Of a DNA stretch of 64,000 nucleotides, positions 57,706 to 64,000 are shown in pieces. The position numbers and the translations under genes are program-made. The notes under the pieces were generated by a model. That model worked only from the letters and a program-made list of their open reading frames with translations, was not told where the DNA came from and did not search any database. Source of the stretch: a virus; IMG/VR virus record IMGVR_UViG_3300037567_000704, positions 1 through 64,000 of that record, one strand, 5' to 3'. How positions within the stretch are numbered: the first letter of the stretch is position 1; every line of letters begins with the position of its first letter.

Positions 57706-58848
57706 TCACTTGATGTCTCGAATACTTCCTTGTCCTCCGAAGAAAGTGGTCCAGACCTCTCCCATTGTTCGGTAGAGTCCTTCCTGACCCAGTCTGTTGA
57801 TGGCGAATGGGTCTCCAGTCTCGATGCCCGACTCGAAATATTGTGTCGGTATCGCTGTGCTGAAGTATAAGTAATCTGTGTCTAGGTAATACATCCTGCT
57901 GATTCCATCAGAGTTGTAAACGTCCTTGGATGGAATGATTGGAACACCGTTGTAAGTAGCCACGATGAACCCGGCCTCCATACCCGGAACACCCTTCACA
58001 CCGTTGTAAGTGGGGGTGACCCTCTTCTCTTCCATGAACCTCTGCTGGCTCTGCAATAGTTGCTGCAGACGCATTAGAGTATCGTAGCCGGTCAGAATGA
58101 CCTTCGGATTTCCACCACGAACCCAGACTTTCTGGAACAAATCATCCAGTTGGTCAAGACTCAGTGTGCGATTAGTTCCGCTTGTTGCAGCATTGCACTC
58201 AGAGTAGGACCAACCGTTGCCGCCCCCATTTCTGTTGATACTGTAGATATCTTCTCTGGTAGCCGTATAATGGGTTCCAGCAGTCATTGCGGTGGAATCA
58301 CCACAAGTAATCCTGTCGAGAGATTCCAAGTTATTACCTGCTACAGTGTCTATGTCGCCAGTGAGCATCAAGTTCACCATCTCAGCGTGATGCTTGCCCA
58401 TCTCTTCCTTGAGAACTTGTCGAATGTCTCCGAGGCCGTCGTCCTTGTCAGCGAGGAAAATCGCCACTTCGCTCATGTCGAATGAATGGGCGATAGTCTT
58501 GGGCTTTGCAGCAACGTGCTGGAAAGTCGGCTTGACCGTCTCAGGCAGAGTTGCATTCTCAGCAACACCGCCATGAACGGAGCCAGAGTTAGGCTTGTCT
58601 GTGATGACTCGCCATCCAGACCTGTCCCAAGGTTTCTTGGGCAGTATGCTGAAGGCATTGAATTCTTGATTCATCTGACTCCATACTTTGCGTCCGTAAA
58701 TTGCTTGATAAGTCCCACCAGTAGATGAGAGCATTGGGCTGTCAGCCTTCAGTAATTCACTACCACTGTAGGTGTAACCCATTGCGTTCCCTGCGCCATA
58801 ATAATAACGCTCCATGTCTGTTACTGTTCGAATATAGTTTCTTGCCAT
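57706..58848 (-). CDS. Major capsid protein (HK97 fold)
   Basis: 380 aa after the prohead protease; E-loop GGVAENATLPET..PTF.....PK, spine helix, YNGVPIIPS. Confidence 0.85.
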   Translation of the reverse strand: MARNYIRTVTDMERYYYGAGNAMGYTYSGSELLKADSPMLSSTGGTYQAIYGRKVWSQMNQEFNAFSILPKKPWDRSGWRVITDKPNSGSVHGGVAENATLPETVKPTFQHVAAKPKTIAHSFDMSEVAIFLADKDDGLGDIRQVLKEEMGKHHAEMVNLMLTGDIDTVAGNNLESLDRITCGDSTAMTAGTHYTATREDIYSINRNGGGNGWSYSECNAATSGTNRTLSLDQLDDLFQKVWVRGGNPKVILTGYDTLMRLQQLLQSQQRFMEEKRVTPTYNGVKGVPGMEAGFIVATYNGVPIIPSKDVYNSDGISRMYYLDTDYLYFSTAIPTQYFESGIETGDPFAINRLGQEGLYRTMGEVWTTFFGGQGSIRDIK

Positions 58849-58866
58849 TCTTCATCACTCCTTTAT

Positions 58867-60279
58867 TCAGTCGCTCCTAAATGCTCTATTCGCTAAATTG
58901 TGAACCTCAGTCCACGACATTTCAGCAAGGTCTTCTGTTGAGGGGACCTCGAACACTGGGAGGGATTCGTTACTCTTCTGGATATTCTCGCCAATTTCGG
59001 CGGGAGTTCCGATATTCTCAATGCGCTCAGTTAGTGCAGCGATACTCTTCTGGATTTGGGCAAGTGGGCCACGAGCATCGAAGGCCTGTGCCTCGGCCTT
59101 AGTTACCTCATTAGTCCTCTCGTGCGCGTATCGTGATGAGAAATTATTTTCCAAGGCACCCTTGAACTCTTGCTCAAGAGCAGCAGCCTTGTAGATTTCA
59201 TATGCAGCCTCAACATCGCTCTCAGATACTCGGTCTGGAGTTAGGAAGTTACCCTTCTTGACTCCTCCGCCTTTACCAGAAAGGCCTGAAGCGGATAGAG
59301 CATTGGTAGAAGGCTTGCCGCTCTCGGTCGCTCGACCCTTAACTTGACCAGTCCTCTGTGGCAGACTCTGCTCCAATTCCTCAGGGGTGGAACCAGCGTT
59401 AGCCTTGGAGACATTATCGAAGTGTGAGCGTGCGGCTATTGTGTCCACGCCTGCACTCTTCAGACTTGTCTCCATCCAATCGAGATACTCAGAAGATATG
59501 ACATCGGAGTATTCCGATTTCTTCTCAAACGGATTCTTTTCATCCTTATCCTTCTTGTCATCGCCATTGTCATCGTCGCTGCCTTTGTCATCGTCGTCGC
59601 CATTGCCGTTTTTCTTATCGTCCTTACCGTCTAACCAAGGAAGTCCTTTCTCCATAGAATCGAGCCTTCCTTCTAAACGACCAAGAACGTCAGTCATTTG
59701 CGTCATAACATTGTTGTCTTCTTCTGTCATTTTATTCACCTTGTCTTCTTTCAATATTCTAAATGTTGCTTCTGGATTGATTCCTTTTTCACAGATTGTT
59801 ACTTCGTGTAGTTCAAGTTTGCTGATTTCTTGGTAATCGCCGTGCACTGGGTCTGATTTTCTGACTCGTTTGAATGCCTGCCCTCCGATACTGAAACCCC
59901 TTAATGCTCCTTTTCGGATTTCGGCAGCGACTTCCTTTGCTTTTTCAATGTCGTTTCTGAGTTCTACTACTACAAACATCCCGACATCATCAACTTCGCT
60001 TTTCCACAACCTCCCTTCACTATCTGTATAATTTGGAATCACTTCACCGACTTGTATGTTAGAATGCGCTAATTGCACGTTTCTGTATTTCGGGTCCCCC
60101 ATGTATTTTTGGAATGCATCTTTGAGCGCTTCTTTGGTTATTTTATCCCCTTGCTTGTCTACTACTTCCACGCTCGCGTAGCCTGCAACGATGAGGTCTC
60201 CACCCTTGATGAGAGTGATTTTATGTTCTGAACTGACTCGAAGAGGGGATAACACACTGGCTCTGAGTGTGGCCGCCAT
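58867..60279 (-). CDS. HK97-family prohead protease fused to scaffold region
   Basis: IVAGYASVEVVDKQGD, catalytic H (LAHSN), GFSIGG, LHEVTIC...NPEATF; charged, coiled C-terminal half. Confidence 0.9.
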   Translation of the reverse strand: MAATLRASVLSPLRVSSEHKITLIKGGDLIVAGYASVEVVDKQGDKITKEALKDAFQKYMGDPKYRNVQLAHSNIQVGEVIPNYTDSEGRLWKSEVDDVGMFVVVELRNDIEKAKEVAAEIRKGALRGFSIGGQAFKRVRKSDPVHGDYQEISKLELHEVTICEKGINPEATFRILKEDKVNKMTEEDNNVMTQMTDVLGRLEGRLDSMEKGLPWLDGKDDKKNGNGDDDDKGSDDDNGDDKKDKDEKNPFEKKSEYSDVISSEYLDWMETSLKSAGVDTIAARSHFDNVSKANAGSTPEELEQSLPQRTGQVKGRATESGKPSTNALSASGLSGKGGGVKKGNFLTPDRVSESDVEAAYEIYKAAALEQEFKGALENNFSSRYAHERTNEVTKAEAQAFDARGPLAQIQKSIAALTERIENIGTPAEIGENIQKSNESLPVFEVPSTEDLAEMSWTEVHNLANRAFRSD

Positions 60280-60308
60280 ACTACTTTAATGAAGCGACAC
60301 CAAAAATA

Positions 60309-63300
60309 TTACGTTTTAGGGTCATCTTTCTCGTCAGAATCGCTATACTGCAAGCCTTTCCTCTTTCTACGCTGCCGCTTTATATGCGGATATTCCTTTT
60401 CGGAATCCTCAGTTGGCCGAGCAATCATATCCCAATCTGGCATACTCTCTTCCCCCTCCAAATGAGTAGGACCTCTAGGACTCTCTGTCAGAGACCCGAC
60501 ATCTATCCCTAGACCCTTTGCTCCACCTGTGAATCCGAATTGATTCTTCTCCAATAAATCCAATGCCCTCTCTATGAGCGTAAGCCCCTCTTCCATCTTG
60601 GGTTTGAGCAACAAGTCCTCATCATCCAACTCTTCAGAGTCTTCTTCTATGTCCTCTTGTGAATCTTCTGATGGAATGGGGTCATCTACTCTCTCAATCT
60701 TACCCTTTAGAAGCATACTCACTACTTGCCCCCAAAATGGTTTCAAACTCTCACTCAGCATTATACTGTAGTTCCCTCCTCCCATATCACTGAGAATGGT
60801 ATCAGGAGAATGGACCCAGAAACCGCCATGAGACTTCTCCAATGTGTAAGACACTTCGTCTTGGTATGGTATGAATACTACCACTTTATCATCAACCACT
60901 TTGACATCGTGTGGGAAATGAAGGTGCTTGAGTGACTTCGAAAGCATCCCAAGAGTTTCCATACTGACGCTGGATTCTCCTTCTCCTTCTCCTATCAATT
61001 TCATAGGAGTAAGACTGTAAACATCTCTACCATCTATCTCTTGATGCTTTATCCCACTAACTTTCACCTCTACGATGTCTCCCTCTTCGAATGGCTTTGG
61101 GCTTGAGACTGTCCCTACGTCCAGATAGATATCATTTTCAAATTCTACCGTTTTGTCTTCTATCCCATCATCATCAATCAATGGTCCTGCTCCAAGTCTG
61201 TAAGTGAACGGCTTCTTTCCTCTCTTATCCAATATTTTGAGATTGATTGACTTGTTAGGTCTGAGAAGCACCCATTTGGGATGTCTTCTCTCACCTTTCA
61301 TGTAAGTGCTCTTCCCATCTCTCAATAGCAGAGTCTTGTGCTCGTCTAAGAAATTATTGACCAAATCCTCCAATCCCTCTTCATCCGTGAGTTTAGTATC
61401 ATGTGGTCCGGGTATGGTGACTTGCTCATAACTATCGAACTGTCCTCTTAGAATTTTCAATCTCTCTTGCACACTCATGTCAGTCACATCGGTATCATCG
61501 TAGAAGGTGATGTCTATGACGTGTAATTCCTTTTTATCGAGAATCCCATCCAGAGTGCAATCCTTCTCTCCGAGGTTCTTGACCCCATTTTTAGCCCAAT
61601 CCGGTATACTTCTCCGCCCTCCGCCTTCATCATACCCGTTTATCTCGTCTCCCTTCTTGGTAACCACTATCCTTTCTCCATCATACCACTTAGAGACCAC
61701 CCAAGTGCCGGTGAATCCACGAAGCCTCTGGAGGTCCTTGAACGAGAATATTCTGTGCATGGGTCTGATAGGCGGGACCCAAGAAGGGGAGTCGCCCTTC
61801 ATCAAGAGGGAGTCTGGGTTCAAGAGGTAAGCAGCGTAATCACTCGGTTCGCTCCAAGTTCCGGATTCTTTGACCTCAGCAGGAATCATACTTCCTACTA
61901 ATGGGTCTTCATACGGAGTGAACTGATTGGCTCCTCTCTCCCAAGTCATTGCCTCATCCTGCATTTGAACGGTATTGGCCACATCAAGGTCCCATAGACT
62001 CGATATAGCATCCATAGGAGCCGGACTAAATGCCTCTTCTTGAGTGTGAGGTCCTAGAACTGGTTTCCCAGTGCCAAAATCCATACTGTGTGTAGGGACC
62101 CCTCTTCTATAATTAGAATATTCCAACAGTCCGGTTTTGTCGAATAAATCCATTATCGGCGTTCCTGTGGTCCCCATCGGGTGTATTTCCCTTCCGGGTC
62201 CGTCTCTAATCGTCTCAGTTGTGATATCCTTAGGCAAAGAAGACAAATCCACATTGGGGTCTTGGATGAAGACGTTCTTCATCTGATGCTCGATATTCCT
62301 TCCTGAGACTCTGAAGTTTCTGTTGCTGTGTCTACCTTGAATATGGATATCGCCATCTCCATCTTTTACGAGCATCGAATGTTTTCCTTTATCGTCAATT
62401 GTAGGAGCCGACATAGGAGTTATTCCCAAAGTAGCAAGACCCTCTTTCCCGAATTGTCTTCTTACATTGGTTTGGAAACCTAGTATAGCCTTTCTCATAT
62501 CTTTCATTGGCTTCTGCCAACCTTTCACTGGCGACCCACCGTGAAACAATACTTCTCCGTCTCCGTCTTTTACATTTCTTTCGAATCCATACGTGTTGAA
62601 GAATTCCTCATCGCTTAAATGATTAAGATTAGGCGCTCTTCGAAGTTTTTGAACATGGTCTAGCACGTTTTCTACATCTTGATATTTATCGAAGAAGTTA
62701 TCACCCTTTTCGGTGGATAATTGTGGATTACTCCGTATCAAATGCTCCATTGACATAACTGTCCTATGGTCATCGTCATTCTTCAATCCACTTTGTATGG
62801 AAGTGAGCATGTTAGTAGCATGGGCTCGATGTGCTCCGTCTTGTGGATATTTCAAATAATCCATCAAGTCTTCAAAATCAGTCTCTCTAGTAACACGAAA
62901 GCCGTGTTCATCCATATGATTGTGGAAGTTACCGAATCCTGTCTGGTGCAAAGGAAGTTTATCTTCGTCAATACCGTAACCACTCACTGTTATGCCAAGG
63001 TCTCTAATGTATTCAGCAGGGAGATGCTTCAACGCTCTATTGGCTAGTTGGAATATTTTGTCTATGTCAATATTCAGATTGGGGTTGGAAGAAGTGAAAG
63101 TATCTTCTGGATACATCGGGGCCAAATGACCAACCACCGTGAGTATAGCGTTGTAATGAGATTCAATCATATTCTGCAGGTCATCGTATAATCTTCCTTC
63201 ATGGCCCTTTCCAAGTTTCTTCTCTTGGATAGTTTTACCACCCCCCTTTTCTCTTGCAAGAGGCCCCCCAAGTTTCGTCTCTTTGACAGTCTCTCGCAAA

Positions 63301-63998
63301 GCCTTCGAATCTAACAGAAATGATTCAGCAGCGCTCCCCTCTGTTACATCCAAACCCTCCGGTCTGGCCCCGAAGGTAGCCTGACGTGTGGCTAAACTTG
63401 CTGGAGTCATTCGCATTATGGAAGACGGTCTTCCCCTTTCTCCTCTACCCATCATGCTATTGATAGTATGCGACATCAGAGACTGGTCTCGCGCTATCAT
63501 GTCTGGTGTCCTGTTCTCTTTCTGCCGCGCGCCCAGTGGTTGCTGCTGTGTAAGTTCTAATGGGACTTCCACCGTTCTGCCGAACTCAGCGGTGATACCG
63601 GCACCAGCAATATCTATGGGCTTCTTGATATTCCAATTGATACCTTTCCCATGAGGGGTCTTGACGTTGTGTTGACGTGATGAGTAACGAGGGTGAGTAA
63701 TATCAAACTCTTTGTCATATTTTGCTTTAATCTGAGACATGCTCAATCCTGAGATAGCGTTTACCACTCCGGGAAACAAAGAGGACAAACCGGCAAGAAT
63801 CTGATTCTTGGGATTGCTCGCATCCTGATTCTCCGGGTTTTTGGAGTTATTGAAGCGAGAGAGCACAGCATGTGGGGTGTTGAATAAATCATGTCGAGCA
63901 GCGATATAGGGGCCCCAGAGCCCTATGTTATTCTCATTGACAGTGATTCTACTCCCATCAGTGGACCCGATGTAACTGTTACCATCCCCATCGCTACT
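60309..63998 (-). CDS. Large head-module protein with C-terminal ATP-dependent DNA ligase-like domain (5'-truncated by window edge)
   Basis: Frame stays open to the window end. Ligase motifs in order: SKWYDGER, TLDGI, LHVIDI, QERLKIL, LLLRDGKSTY, PKWVLLRP, then OB fold (YRLGAG...VGTV...IVEVK). Confidence 0.75.
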   Translation of the reverse strand, partial: SSDGDGNSYIGSTDGSRITVNENNIGLWGPYIAARHDLFNTPHAVLSRFNNSKNPENQDASNPKNQILAGLSSLFPGVVNAISGLSMSQIKAKYDKEFDITHPRYSSRQHNVKTPHGKGINWNIKKPIDIAGAGITAEFGRTVEVPLELTQQQPLGARQKENRTPDMIARDQSLMSHTINSMMGRGERGRPSSIMRMTPASLATRQATFGARPEGLDVTEGSAAESFLLDSKALRETVKETKLGGPLAREKGGGKTIQEKKLGKGHEGRLYDDLQNMIESHYNAILTVVGHLAPMYPEDTFTSSNPNLNIDIDKIFQLANRALKHLPAEYIRDLGITVSGYGIDEDKLPLHQTGFGNFHNHMDEHGFRVTRETDFEDLMDYLKYPQDGAHRAHATNMLTSIQSGLKNDDDHRTVMSMEHLIRSNPQLSTEKGDNFFDKYQDVENVLDHVQKLRRAPNLNHLSDEEFFNTYGFERNVKDGDGEVLFHGGSPVKGWQKPMKDMRKAILGFQTNVRRQFGKEGLATLGITPMSAPTIDDKGKHSMLVKDGDGDIHIQGRHSNRNFRVSGRNIEHQMKNVFIQDPNVDLSSLPKDITTETIRDGPGREIHPMGTTGTPIMDLFDKTGLLEYSNYRRGVPTHSMDFGTGKPVLGPHTQEEAFSPAPMDAISSLWDLDVANTVQMQDEAMTWERGANQFTPYEDPLVGSMIPAEVKESGTWSEPSDYAAYLLNPDSLLMKGDSPSWVPPIRPMHRIFSFKDLQRLRGFTGTWVVSKWYDGERIVVTKKGDEINGYDEGGGRRSIPDWAKNGVKNLGEKDCTLDGILDKKELHVIDITFYDDTDVTDMSVQERLKILRGQFDSYEQVTIPGPHDTKLTDEEGLEDLVNNFLDEHKTLLLRDGKSTYMKGERRHPKWVLLRPNKSINLKILDKRGKKPFTYRLGAGPLIDDDGIEDKTVEFENDIYLDVGTVSSPKPFEEGDIVEVKVSGIKHQEIDGRDVYSLTPMKLIGEGEGESSVSMETLGMLSKSLKHLHFPHDVKVVDDKVVVFIPYQDEVSYTLEKSHGGFWVHSPDTILSDMGGGNYSIMLSESLKPFWGQVVSMLLKGKIERVDDPIPSEDSQEDIEEDSEELDDEDLLLKPKMEEGLTLIERALDLLEKNQFGFTGGAKGLGIDVGSLTESPRGPTHLEGEESMPDWDMIARPTEDSEKEYPHIKRQRRKRKGLQYSDSDEKDDPKT

Positions 63999-64000
63999 GT

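Noticed and set aside
1-64000. Cellular archaeal chromosome or integrated provirus; tRNA/rRNA genes
   Set aside because: Replication genes are divergent and joined to a complete head-tail module; no ribosomal or metabolic genes, integrase, att site or tRNA-like cloverleaf recognised by eye. Terminase and portal probably lie outside the window.

Overview
This window is an internal fragment of a tailed archaeal dsDNA virus genome. Gene content and order best fit a magrovirus-like virus of marine Poseidoniales/MGII; this is an inference from gene content, not a database result. The two arms converge at about 16.45 kb. The + strand (1-16.5 kb) is a tightly coupled archaeal-type replication operon: degenerate ATP-dependent ligase-like gene, RFC small subunit, probable SSB, RecA-type ATPase, probable sliding clamp, PolB, MazG-like protein, N4/N6 DNA methyltransferase, Cas4-like nuclease, fused PriS-PriL primase, ERCC4/XPF nuclease, MCM-like helicase and group II chaperonin. 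It also carries several Zn-finger microproteins missed by the ORF track. The - strand (64-16.4 kb) is the virion module: a large protein ending in a second ligase-like domain, HK97 prohead protease/scaffold, major capsid protein, neck proteins, tail terminator, tail tube, frameshifted tail chaperones, a very short tape measure, a Dit-like protein, a 5598-aa LamG-containing giant protein, hub, and a chain of four fibre genes ending in a small adhesin and a SAM methyltransferase. The main observations are: two ligase-like domains with disrupted catalytic motifs, one fused to a head-module protein; a methyltransferase gene inserted with a perfect 24-bp duplication that captures its neighbour's start; an unannotated TFS/TFIIS-like Zn ribbon; PolB with YGHTDS; and a 269-aa tape measure paired with a giant tail-tip protein. 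No CRISPR array, rRNA, tRNA, integrase or reverse transcriptase was recognised. All functional calls come from motif reading by eye.
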